A DNA stretch of 64,000 nucleotides from Haliotis rubra (lineage: Eukaryota), in NCBI RefSeq assembly GCF_003918875.1, contig NW_025767002.1, positions 3,038,001 to 3,102,000 on the forward strand, read 5' to 3'. The first letter of the stretch is position 1; every line of letters starts with the position of its first letter. Made by a program: the position numbers and the translations under genes. This document shows, piece by piece, positions 54,401 to 60,652 of the stretch. The notes below the pieces were generated by a model that was not told where the DNA came from, did no database searches, and worked only from the letters and a program-made list of their open reading frames with translations.

Positions 54401-55885
54401 AATAATGAAGTCTTGTTAATAAATAATTTAGTTCACTCGACCAGGAAATATAAAATATATACATCTCTTGCATAATTACAAACAGTTTCCAGCACGGCAG
54501 GCAGCCACAAACAGATTCATATAAAGAGTCATTCAGTAATTACAAAATTGGAAGGATATATAACGACCAATGAGTTTCTTGAATGCTATGACTTGTGTTG
54601 ACACTATTCTCTTGAGGCTAAATACCAACTTGAATATTGATGTTTGTGATTCACTGACTTTGTGGCATGTCGAGTAGTCAGTACAGATGTGACTCAGAGA
54701 ATTCATTTATTCATGACCAGTCATGCATGGCAAGTCTTAACGGACCCTCTGATAACAACCATTCACTTTTATGCGTTATGTACAGGTATGCTATTATTCA
54801 CCTAACCTGTCTGGATTTTGAATGTAAAATAGAAATGCATAATATGAATTTTAAATAAGCTAATAGTTCAACCGATAGTGTAAGAGATACTTCTCAACAC
54901 TTGGTAAGGATATCATCATATTCCCACGATAATTGAAGCTCATTCTCATAATAAGTAATGGTGGTGTATAATGTGGATTTCAATAAAATGACATATCTGA
55001 TAATCCCTTTATGTTGTGTGGTATGTTTCAAGAGATTAAATCATGAAATGTGACAGATTATGAACATAAAATAACAGTATGAAATCAACAATGAAAAGTT
55101 TTCAGATTTCAGGATACACTTTTCTCCATTGGAAAACATACAAATAATTATGCCATCTTACTTGATCATACAGGGAATATAATCAAGTATTGCCCATTAA
55201 TTTTTAATTATACTACATACAATATTGAACTTATAGTAGTTTTATAACACATTAATTAGCAAAACGAAACATTACAATTGTTTAATATATATACAACTCA
55301 TTCTTTCCTTTAATCATAAAGGAACATAATTATAAGTAACGGTTACCTAACAATGACTTACACTTCTGTCTATCTATGTGTCTGTCAGAGTACAATTCGA
55401 GTCATGTGAATATTTTGTGTATCGTGTTAATATATAGAAATATAATGTTCAGCTGATCAAGTCATTCACAAAGATTTCATCTAACCTAACACAGATACTG
55501 AGTGTGTTAAGCGGTCCTCTTGACGTATATGTATACTTGTGGCGAGACGGAGGGAAAAAAGCACCCAAGAATAAGAAAACATACGGACTGGCGTCTGTTG
55601 TGTCGATCAGTGGGAACGCAGATAGACAGAGCGAAGAAGGGACGAATACTTACTCAGCCATTGTACATCGGTTATTTTCTTCGGTTGAACAATCTGTAGG
55701 AATCCTTTCACCATATCATATAAAACATTCATGCTCTTTTCCAGAATCATTTCATCTCCCGAATTCCCATCCGAAGTTGAGGGTTGTGTTCCGTTGAGAG
55801 ATTGGGTCGTCTGTGTGTTGACGGTAGAAAACGCTAATATAGAAAGTATTGCACATGAACACAAAACAGTCCTGAAAGCGGCCAT
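342..55885 (-). CDS. PROM1: Prominin-family (CD133/prominin-1-like) pentaspan membrane glycoprotein; 10 coding exons, 3' part lies beyond window start
   Basis: Exons 55885-55654, 15783-15728, 9067-8862, 7543-7408, 6990-6924, 6005-5922, 4851-4665, 3783-3715, 1062-999 and 421-342 all have GT/AG boundaries and compatible phases, apart from a 1-nt deficit in exon 7. The product has a signal peptide, TM1 followed by the prominin Cys cluster (MPIFGCCFCCCRCCGKCGG), TM2, and a helical N-glycosylated extracellular loop. The symbol indicates family, not proven orthology. Confidence 0.92.
660..890 (-). mobile_element. SINE-like family B (non-tRNA structured head)
   Basis: Head GAAGATC..GATCTTC..GTCATAAGAGGCGACTAA, shared 3' tail GCTGGAATATTGCTGAGTGC..(ACTC)n, flanking repeat AACCAATCTG. 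Confidence 0.85.
999..1062 (-). CDS. prominin coding exon 9
   Basis: tgcatcag|AKGTLDQAKQNATGEIQEQIN|gtaagt. 64 nt, phase 0 to 1. Confidence 0.85.
1109..1273 (-). mobile_element. tRNA-Asp-derived SINE family A
   Basis: A/B-box head, body GAAGCCCATTTCTGG, (ACTC)n tail. Confidence 0.9.
1449..2504. mobile_element. Non-autonomous DNA transposon, Kolobok-like
   Basis: 14-bp TIR AGGTCACATGCAAC/GTTGCATGTGACCT flanked by TTAA on both sides. AG termini with a TTAA TSD fit Kolobok rather than piggyBac. Confidence 0.8.
2549..3514. mobile_element. Non-autonomous DNA transposon, PIF/Harbinger-like
   Basis: TIR GGCCCCTATTCTCGAAAG/CTTTCGAGAATAGGGGCC, 3-bp TSD CAG, repeated TAGGAT/ATCCTA subterminal motifs. 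Confidence 0.8.
3715..3783 (-). CDS. prominin coding exon 8
   Basis: ttttatttcag|LNDLSAQAGNVSQSLDMQKFIDQ|gtaatc. 69 nt, phase 0 to 0. Confidence 0.87.
4060..4217 (-). mobile_element. SINE family A
   Basis: Full-length diverged copy. Confidence 0.85.
4350..4520 (-). mobile_element. SINE family A
   Basis: Full-length, TSD ATAATTCTTGG. Confidence 0.92.
4665..4851 (-). CDS. prominin coding exon 7 (apparent 1-nt deletion near 4728-4730)
   Basis: ttgttgcag|(N)VNATQKDLTDVASYLVSLQNDGTHLTNQLKIIKDNLTAAC, then after a frame change STTCGGALNVSQYKTDANFTG|gtaagt. The exon is 187 nt where 188 is needed. Confidence 0.85.
5922..6005 (-). CDS. prominin coding exon 6
   Basis: cttttcag|(T)TASSAVDRVADLVNASSLIQQATDLSK|gtgagt. 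84 nt, phase 1 to 1. Confidence 0.88.
6284..6490 (-). mobile_element. Two adjacent or nested SINE family A copies
   Basis: Truncated (ACTC)-tailed copy abutting an (AGTC)-tailed copy. Confidence 0.85.
6924..6990 (-). CDS. prominin coding exon 5
   Basis: ttttatccacag|DVQARALGTFDSTRATLVRDIN|gtaaga. 67 nt, phase 0 to 1. Confidence 0.88.
7178..7351. mobile_element. MITE with CAG..CTG termini
   Basis: TIR CAGGGATTGGGA/TCCCAATTCCTG, internal inverted GGGCCATTTT/AAAATGGCCC, flanking direct repeat ATTAAA. Confidence 0.7.
7408..7543 (-). CDS. prominin coding exon 4
   Basis: tacag|(L)AGVVCAFVTNDLIHRYLRNEDNRGLAGRLGQALTGFDNYVTDTMD|gtgagt. 136 nt, phase 2 to 0. Confidence 0.92.
7730..8845. repeat. 21-bp minisatellite (GTTGAGTATAAGCATGTCAGG/T), about 50 units
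   Basis: Directly visible tandem array. It produces the spurious MLILNTD and MSGLSIS ORFs. Confidence 0.97.
8862..9067 (-). CDS. prominin coding exon 3 (TM1, Cys-rich loop, TM2)
   Basis: gtgtttcag|YTDYLIGFAVCVAVGILFCIIMPIFGCCFCCCRCCGKCGGKKKEKDPKRAKCKRVSYCTVLLIINTIM(L)|gtatgt. 206 nt, phase 0 to 2. Confidence 0.95.
9272..9432 (+). mobile_element. SINE family A
   Basis: Full-length, TSD CTGCATTGTAATGG. Confidence 0.92.
10078..10224 (-). mobile_element. SINE family A
   Basis: Near full-length. Confidence 0.88.
10404..10555 (+). mobile_element. SINE family A
   Basis: GGGGCGGTGGGGTAGCCTAGTGGTTAAAGC..GGGTTCGAATCCCC..GGCGTAAAAC. Confidence 0.9.
10768..10925. mobile_element. Short palindromic element, unclassified (possibly Crypton-like remnant)
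   Basis: Imperfect terminal inverted repeat AAATAGAATCTCACCC / GGGTGAGATTCACTATTT. Confidence 0.4.
11869..12797 (+). mobile_element. Helentron/HINE-like element with internal ~172-175 bp tandem core
   Basis: Starts TAACAAGAG..TATCCCCCC. About 5 core units (AAATAGCAAAAGGCAC at about 12023, 12198, 12370, 12489, 12661). Terminal hairpin TCTCCA-TAGT-TGGAGA. Confidence 0.7.
12835..13050 (-). mobile_element. Two 5'-truncated SINE family A copies
   Basis: Tail and body similarity. Confidence 0.8.
13566..14752. mobile_element. Possible non-autonomous DNA transposon
   Basis: Left end CAGTGTTCC, right end GGGAACA cut by the 70-bp array. Repeated CCGGTAA subterminal motifs. CpG-rich relative to flanks. 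Confidence 0.45.
14753..14975. repeat. 70-bp tandem repeat, about 3.2 copies
   Basis: Near-identical units start at 14753, 14823, 14893 and 14963. Confidence 0.95.
15064..15450 (-). mobile_element. Two SINE family A copies (15064-15233; 15290-15450)
   Basis: Second copy has TSD TGATCAAATCTGG. Confidence 0.9.
15728..15783 (-). CDS. prominin coding exon 2 (56 nt)
   Basis: Acceptor ttttgttttcag|, donor AAT|GTGAGT. Encodes (N)ITELVKGKFPEEMTKWKN. Phase 1 to 0 exactly bridges exons 1 and 3. Confidence 0.8.
16568..16736 (+). mobile_element. SINE family A
   Basis: Full-length diverged copy, (ACTC)n tail. Confidence 0.88.
17708..18059 (-). mobile_element. Two SINE family A copies (17708-17861; 17893-18059)
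   Basis: TSDs TTTGGGACATTA and GTGCATTA. Confidence 0.9.
19506..19610 (-). mobile_element. 5'-truncated SINE family A
   Basis: TSD GGTATTTAGA. Confidence 0.85.
20145..20221 (-). mobile_element. 5'-truncated SINE family A
   Basis: TSD CAAACTTGTGGA. Confidence 0.85.
20278..20505 (+). mobile_element. SINE-like family B
   Basis: GTCGTAAGAGGCGACTAACAGGATCGGGTGGTCAGGCTCG..TAGCTGGAACATTGCTGAGT. Confidence 0.85.
23118..23925. repeat. 30-bp minisatellite (AACTGTATGACACTGACCATAGCTGGATAG), about 27 units
   Basis: Directly visible tandem array. Confidence 0.97.
24670..24900. repeat. About 36-bp bipartite minisatellite (TTTGGGGCACTCACATCA+CTGGGGCGGCTCATCAA)
   Basis: Visible tandem array built from two related subunits. 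Confidence 0.9.
25285..25398 (+). mobile_element. 114-nt insertion carrying a permuted minimal type I hammerhead motif (Penelope-like/retrozyme remnant)
   Basis: TSD ATGGCTGAAATG. Sequence (CTG)ATGA-A-GGAGTA-acgata-TACTCT-GAAACGTT, with AATAAA downstream. Confidence 0.7.
25542..25943 (-). mobile_element. tRNA-derived SINE family C (Meta/MESC-like central domain) with (CTCAC)n tail
   Basis: A box GGTGTAGTGG, B box GGTTCGATCCC, central GTCATACCAAAAGAC..CCTGCCTGGCGCTCGGCATTAA. The domain name is from recall, not from a search. Confidence 0.8.
26630..26705. repeat. 20-bp tandem repeat x4
   Basis: CAGCCATTGCTAAATCACTC units. Confidence 0.9.
27098..27255 (-). mobile_element. SINE family A, diverged
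   Basis: Body and tail similarity. Confidence 0.8.
28180..28915. repeat. 25-bp minisatellite (CATGCCATGGTGTATCAATATATAA), about 27 units
   Basis: Directly visible tandem array. Confidence 0.97.
29878..30425 (-). mobile_element. 3' end of a decayed LINE (Rex1/Babar or L2-like)
   Basis: ORF2 C-terminus LLPSGRRYKVPTVKTKRTRTSFIPSTISLLN, stop, short 3' UTR and (CTATT)n tail. Upstream frames are disrupted. Confidence 0.85.
30580..31025. mobile_element. Two tail-to-tail SINE-like family B copies (+ 30580-30705; - 30800-31025)
   Basis: Family B body and tail similarity. The second copy ends at the family 5' end GACC. Confidence 0.75.
31696..32538 (+). mobile_element. Helentron/HINE (DINE-1/pearl-like) element with ~165-bp internal tandem units
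   Basis: Repeated GGTTCTTGAGATATCTCGCTGAC..GTGACCTTGA..AAGGTCACC cores, (GGAC)n microsatellite, terminal hairpin ATCCCCTGC..GCAGGGGAT followed by AATAA. Confidence 0.75.
32630..32825 (-). mobile_element. SINE-like family B, 5'-truncated
   Basis: Body and tail similarity, flanking repeat CAGGATATATG. Confidence 0.8.
33686..33828. other. Assembly gap (N run)
   Basis: Ns. The right edge enters a SINE A copy (33829-33966, minus). Confidence 0.99.
34803..35218. other. Assembly gap (N run)
   Basis: Ns. The right edge enters a SINE A fragment. Confidence 0.99.
35314..35484 (+). mobile_element. SINE family A
   Basis: Full-length. Confidence 0.88.
36457..36627 (-). mobile_element. SINE family A
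   Basis: Full-length. Confidence 0.88.
37668..37765. mobile_element. Inverted-repeat remnant of the hammerhead-associated family, inserted in an old family B SINE
   Basis: TSD CAAGATGGTG. Contains AATAAAGAAGTTGA..CCATAAA and internal inverted arms GAGATGACAAAACTTGATGG / CCATAAAGTTTCGTCATCTC. Confidence 0.6.
39237..39402. mobile_element. MITE (CAGGGGCGGATCCAG-type termini)
   Basis: CATAGGGGGATCCAG / CTGTATCCGCCCCTG, flanking direct repeat ACACT. Confidence 0.65.
39468..39637 (-). mobile_element. SINE family A
   Basis: TSD TGAAAAGGAA. Confidence 0.88.
40146..40303 (-). mobile_element. SINE family A with internal deletion
   Basis: TSD TATTTATGTAAAG. Confidence 0.85.
40270..42592. repeat. About 1.16 kb tandem duplication (40270-41437 / 41443-42592)
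   Basis: The two copies are nearly identical and each contains a SINE A. A short filler ATGGC lies at the junction. Confidence 0.95.
42612..42773 (-). mobile_element. SINE family A
   Basis: TSD AAAAGGAGTAGA. Confidence 0.9.
43245..43600 (-). mobile_element. SINE family C (Meta/MESC-like)
   Basis: Homologous to 25542-25943, TSD CCTTAGATACAG. Confidence 0.85.
43613..43748 (+). mobile_element. SINE family A
   Basis: Head-to-head with the family C copy. Tail missing. Confidence 0.85.
44600..44830. mobile_element. MITE with CAG..CTG termini
   Basis: TIR CAGTGTTCACGA/TCATGAACACTG, flanking direct repeat CAATGT. Confidence 0.7.
45400..45637 (-). mobile_element. tRNA(Ser/Leu-like)-headed SINE, family D (3' boundary uncertain)
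   Basis: A box GGTGGCTGAGCGG, long spacer, B box GGTTCGAATCC. No intact acceptor stem. Confidence 0.6.
46306..46683 (-). mobile_element. Two SINE family A copies (46306-46458; 46508-46683)
   Basis: TSDs GAAGTGCAGAGTGA and GCAACAAGAC. Confidence 0.88.
47066..47313 (-). mobile_element. SINE-like family B, full length
   Basis: Head GAAGATCCGGGTTA..GATCTTCTGTAACCC, flanking repeat TGCCTAT. Confidence 0.85.
47955..48108 (+). mobile_element. SINE family A
   Basis: Full-length. Tail plus flank duplicated immediately downstream. Confidence 0.85.
49155..49925. repeat. Compound minisatellite: 34-bp units (49155-49270) and about 23-27-bp TAACACAATAACTGTATGTATGTG units
   Basis: Visible arrays sharing a TAACACAAT core. 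Confidence 0.93.
50720..51060. repeat. 28-bp minisatellite (TTGAATCCCTCAATCCACACCCCACAGC), about 12 units
   Basis: Visible tandem array. Confidence 0.95.
51757..51986 (-). mobile_element. Composite insertion: degenerate hammerhead motif (minus), LINE-like 3' tail with (TTA)n, and inverted family tail
   Basis: TSD ATGAAGGTGA. Minus strand reads TGC-TTGATAA-C-AGTAT..ACACC-GAAACATC-GCA..AATAAACAAGTTG..ATCCATTTAAA. Confidence 0.6.
55654..55885 (-). CDS. prominin coding exon 1 (signal peptide and N-terminal ectodomain)
   Basis: MAAFRTVLCSCAILSILAFSTVNT...MNVLYDMVKGFLQIVQPKKITDVQWL. The LYxxVxxFLxxVQP motif is typical of prominins. Donor TGA|GTAAGT, 232 nt, phase 1. Confidence 0.88.
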
Positions 55886-56039
55886 TGTTGATGGACGGTG
55901 AAATACTAAACTTTGATAACTTGTAAAGCAACAGCCAGGCTAGTAAGAACGGTAATATCCGTGTTGCTTTGCTACGAACCGCGAGAGATATGCTTCATGT
56001 ACCCATCCTTCTGCACCTTTCAAAAGTGTCTTGCTGCCC

Positions 56040-56150
56040 ATGTGTGACGTCACTAAGCCCCGCCCATCAATAGACTAGACGCGCATGTGACGTTTGCTAT
56101 TTATATCCGGGTCAGCACGAGCGTATTTCATTCAAGACAGGTAACTCACC
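56040..56150. promoter_or_regulatory. Candidate promoter cluster upstream of the prominin ATG
   Basis: Palindromic CRE GTGACGTCAC 56044-56053, GC box CCCCGCCC 56058-56065, second TGACGT near 56088, TATTTATA near 56098. The region is locally CpG-richer than the intron. Confidence 0.45.
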
Positions 56151-56867
56151 TGGTACGACGCGTATAAGCCAGCGCAAAGATATAGGAGGATTTACCTGTT
56201 TGTTTAGCTCTCTTTGATGTCACGATTCGACTTGACGATGGATTTGTTTCGACGAAAGGAACTGCTATTGTTTCATTAATTTAGACAGACGCATTTCCGA
56301 TATCGTAAATTACTTTTTTAGAAGGACCACAGTGCCATTGTAACGAAGCGATGTTAATTCTCTCCATAAGTGATATGTGGTTGTAGCGGAAGTGCAAGTA
56401 TATGCACTTTTATCTCTTTAACAGTGCAAAATAAACCAAGAAGTTGTTATCCATAAGATTTGTCTTGTATCTGTAACAGTGCTAATTTATAAACAAATAT
56501 TTATCATCATGCTATATAATATTGGGGAACAGTCCCATTAATGCCCAATTTTTTTAATGTGTTTTTATTAATATCGTTTCAACTCAAGTAATGCAGGCGT
56601 TTGCAAAGTTAACATTCATCATGCCCAATATTTATGTATAATTTACACTGTATACATATTGTGTTTAAGCATAGTGTATGGTTACAAACTGAAACCAAGT
56701 TCCCACTAAATTCATTACTCTCATGCCTGACCAAATCTATGCAACTGTTTGTGAAAATATTACGTGTTGTGTTGTTGTGGGAGTAAAAATTACTTAGTGA
56801 ACATGCTCCGTGGGTAGATTAGTTCCCTAGCGTGAATCACATAACCAGAGCGTAAATGTTGTGTAGT

Positions 56868-57082
56868 TAGTCTGTCATACCAGAGACCATATATTATCTA
56901 TTATATGGTCTCTGGTCATACCGACCCGAAAACAAATAGACTATAGTCCAGCCCGCGCAGCTCCATATTGGTCAATTCTTAGACTTCTGAAAATGAAGAA
57001 AGTCTCTGGGCTCCTTTTCTTATATTTTATGAAGATAGCTCAGGAACTTGTTTTTCAGTAAATATATTCATTTCAGAGACTA
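56868..57082. mobile_element. Short TAGTCT..AGACTA element (Academ-like termini) carrying a 34-bp palindromic insertion
   Basis: Homologous to 63307-63492. Confidence 0.65.
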
Positions 57083-58886
57083 GATGTTGATCGGGAGGTC
57101 ATTATGAGCGGCCTGCTTGATCGAATGTCACCGTGACCGGAGGCGTAGATCGATGTTCATTTATCACCCACTGGGTCTTTTACCAAAACTATTAACAATG
57201 CGACATGATACAAATTACCGGACAAAAGAAAGTATATTCCCCTATTTGAGATTTTATCTATATGTGAAACAAACAAAATATGATCATTCATCGGTGAGGC
57301 ACTTGATAATGCTTATCTCACACAAGTCACGTGCACGTGACGTCACAAATATTTTGGGGATCGTAATTTACAGTTACCTTGAAATAAGAAGAGGAAGAAA
57401 CATAAAAAGGATGAATTGTGAATTTTTATGTCTAAACTTTCCTTGCCAGGCAATTTCGAAAGAAAACTGCTGATTAACGAAAACGACATCCACTTATTAA
57501 TTCCATGTTTTCAAATGTTGCAGTTCACGCATTTGAGTCACAATTCATTAATAATCGATACCCTATAAAACATCAACAATCCTCTAATCACATGACAGGA
57601 ATGTAATACCGATCTGATACAAGTCAATACAAACAAGGACAATATTGATCGTTTTGTTCACATGTGTGTGAGAGATCGATACTTTCAGGCCAGCTATTGA
57701 CAGACGGGCACCGACAAATATCTCCTTTAGCCCTACAATACCGTAATGACTACAGTCGATCGTGATCAGCTCTTTTACACGCTAATCAGTATTTAACGGA
57801 AGCTTGGGCATGTAATTGATCTGAGCTAATACAGATTGCTTGTTATGGCCAACGGTTTTCGTCTTTTGGATGGATGGCCAACCTAACGTGTGTATTTTTT
57901 ACACTTGCCAGTGTCCGCTGTCGCGGTGTCTCACACACGGGTAAATATACACATTAAAAATATATTTGTCCAACAGCTCATTACGCGAATCCTGTTGTGT
58001 GACATGTAAAAATATTGCGTATGCGTTTAATTGAATGTTTTGTATGTTGAGTTGTTTAATGTGTTGAAAAAGCAGTTGTTTGACTTTTGTCTAGCAGTCT
58101 CAATGCAAAGTTTATGTACGTGGAATTAACATCAAAATTATGTAATTGAGTGATGAAATTTGTTTGAGAAAGCTTCAACATCTTAACGTGAAGGTTTTCA
58201 TAGAAGTAAACCCAGCCTCTGCCACAATCAGATATTAGGGACGACGTATGCAATGTTAAAAAGGAGAAGGTCTCTTTTCCTTTGAACAGGAAATATTGAC
58301 TTTTCTGAGAAGGACGTTACTTGTAAGCACAATGAAACATTGTTCTGAAAAACGTCAGCATCGTAAAATGACACAATTCCTCTGAATCCAAAGACCAACG
58401 AAAGGAAGACTGCGGACATTGAACACAGACCAACGATCGCTTATTACGCGCGGACCTCAGAGAAGACAGTACGCTTTTAAATGTGCTTTTCAGAAAAATA
58501 AGCAAACGTAAACAAATATTTTCGCGTTGCATACACAATGACCACCGTTCGAGGTCCAGTTAACAAGGTCAAACAAATAAAGTATTTTTTTCGTAAATCG
58601 ATAATGTATTCATAGAACAGTCATTAAGACTGGGTGTCGCAAATAAGCTACGCATTAGCCTTGTACATGTGCAGTTTTACAGATATTCAGAGGACAATGT
58701 ATAGATTGTTGCGTGATGTCAAAATCTTATTTCTCGTGGCTTTGCGGACACACCTTAAATCTGATATGTACATGTGTGTTACAGTTCATAATGTGTGTTA
58801 AGGTGTGAACCAGCTCTATATTCATAGGTACTGAAAGCCCATTCCCACTCAATTTATCCATACGTACGTAACTGATCACACGTAAG

Positions 58887-59149
58887 TGAGTGAGTTTAGT
58901 TTTACACGGCACTCAGCAATATTCCAGCTATATGGTGGAGGTTTGTAAATAATCGAGTCTGGACCAGACAATCCAGTGATCAACAGCATCAGCATCGATC
59001 TGCGCAATTGGGAACCGATGACATGTGTCAACCAAGTCAGCGAGCCTGACCACCCGATCCCGTTAGTCGCCTCTTACGACAAACATAGTCGCCTTTGTGG
59101 CAAGCGTGGGTTGCTGAAGACCAATTCTTCAGACCGGATCTTCACGGGC
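58887..59149 (-). mobile_element. SINE-like family B, full length and young
   Basis: 15-bp TSD CTGATCACACGTAAG (58872-58886, 59150-59164). Confidence 0.92.
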
Positions 59150-59164
59150 CTGATCACACGTAAG

Positions 59165-59310
59165 AGTAAGTGAGTGAGTAAGGTTTTACACCGCTTTTAG
59201 TTTAGCAATATTCAAGCAGTTTCACAGCGGGGTACACTAGAAATGGGCTTCAAACACTGTAACCATGTAGGGAATCGAACCTGGGTTTTCGGCGTGAGAA
59301 GAGAACGTTT
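59165..59310 (-). mobile_element. SINE family A, 5'-truncated
   Basis: Body and tail similarity. Confidence 0.8.
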
Positions 59311-60039
59311 CCACGGCGTGATACTGTACTGTTTCTAAAAGTGGTTTAAAATTTCACACACTCACTCACTTACGTGCTCACTCATCCAGACAAGGAACCG
59401 TCTAATATTTGCAATAATATCAACTGTAAGGCACATGCACGCGGGCACTTCACCACAAAATGTGTTTATGTCAACAATCAGAGAAAAGAAAACATACACT
59501 TAAAAAAATTGAATTTGACCTTAAAATTACAAACGTCATCAAAACGTCACGTCATCAGTGTTCATCAAGGACACAGTTATGTTCCCGTAACAAATGCATC
59601 ACTAACAAATAGTTATTTTGTTCGATTCTATTATCACCATCATACTTGGGTCTGTAATATATTTTCCCGATAGTTTATATACTTGGTGTGAATTTTACCA
59701 TAACGCTAGTATTTCTAGTTGATTTGCAATGAATCGCAAAATTTGTCCTTCAGGAACATCTGTTGCATGTGGCGAAACATCGACATTAACCTACATGTAC
59801 GTAATTTGTTGTGGTGTCTGCAGTTTCATGGGCGCTAGAGCGTCACAGTAGACGCTGATCGAGGTCGGGGTGCGTTTCAAAATGTATGCGTGAGTGAGCA
59901 ATATTCAAGCTATATGGCGGCGGTCTGTAAATAATCGAATCTGGACCAGACACTCCAGTGTCAAACTGTATGAAGTGTTCCTCGAGGGTTGTTTTAATGA
60001 ATATAGCCGATTACCGGCCCGTGCTTGTCCAGGAACAAC

Positions 60040-60420
60040 ATCATGTTGTTTTGATTGATACACATACGATCAGTCGATGCCGTTTTAGTTGATTCACATA
60101 TTACATATTATCGGTTGATGTTGTTTTGGTTGATATACCATGATTTGTCAATGTTGTTTTATAAAATATGCCATGAGCAATTGATGTTGTTTTAGTTGAT
60201 ACACATGTTATCTGTTGATGTTGTTTTGGTTGATATACCATGATTGGGCAATGTTAATTGTTTTATTGAATATACCATGATCGTGCGATGTTGGTTTGGT
60301 TGAGTTGATACGCACATAATCGGTTGATGTTGTTTTCAGTAGATATATCTTGATTGGTAAAGAAGTTTTAGAAGATGCATCGCGCTTGGTCAATGTTGTT
60401 TTGCTCTACCATGACTGGTC
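60040..60420. repeat. Degenerate tandem repeat (GTTGATGTTGTTTTGGTTGATATACCA-like)
   Basis: Recurring motif, about 8-10 diverged units. Confidence 0.75.
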
Positions 60421-60581
60421 AATGTCAGTCGAGATGTGCCATGAATGTGGACAACTTGGGGGTTGCGGCTCACACAGGGACTGGGTTCGATTCCCTCATA
60501 AAATCGTGTCTGGCCGATATAATGAGCATCACGATATAAGATGCAAAAATATAACTTATACAGAGAGAGAAGGGGGGCCGG

Positions 60582-60583
<2 letters not shown>

Positions 60584-60649
<66 letters not shown>
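60584..60649. repeat. (GA)n microsatellite
   Basis: Pure run. Confidence 0.99.
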
Positions 60650-60652
<3 letters not shown>

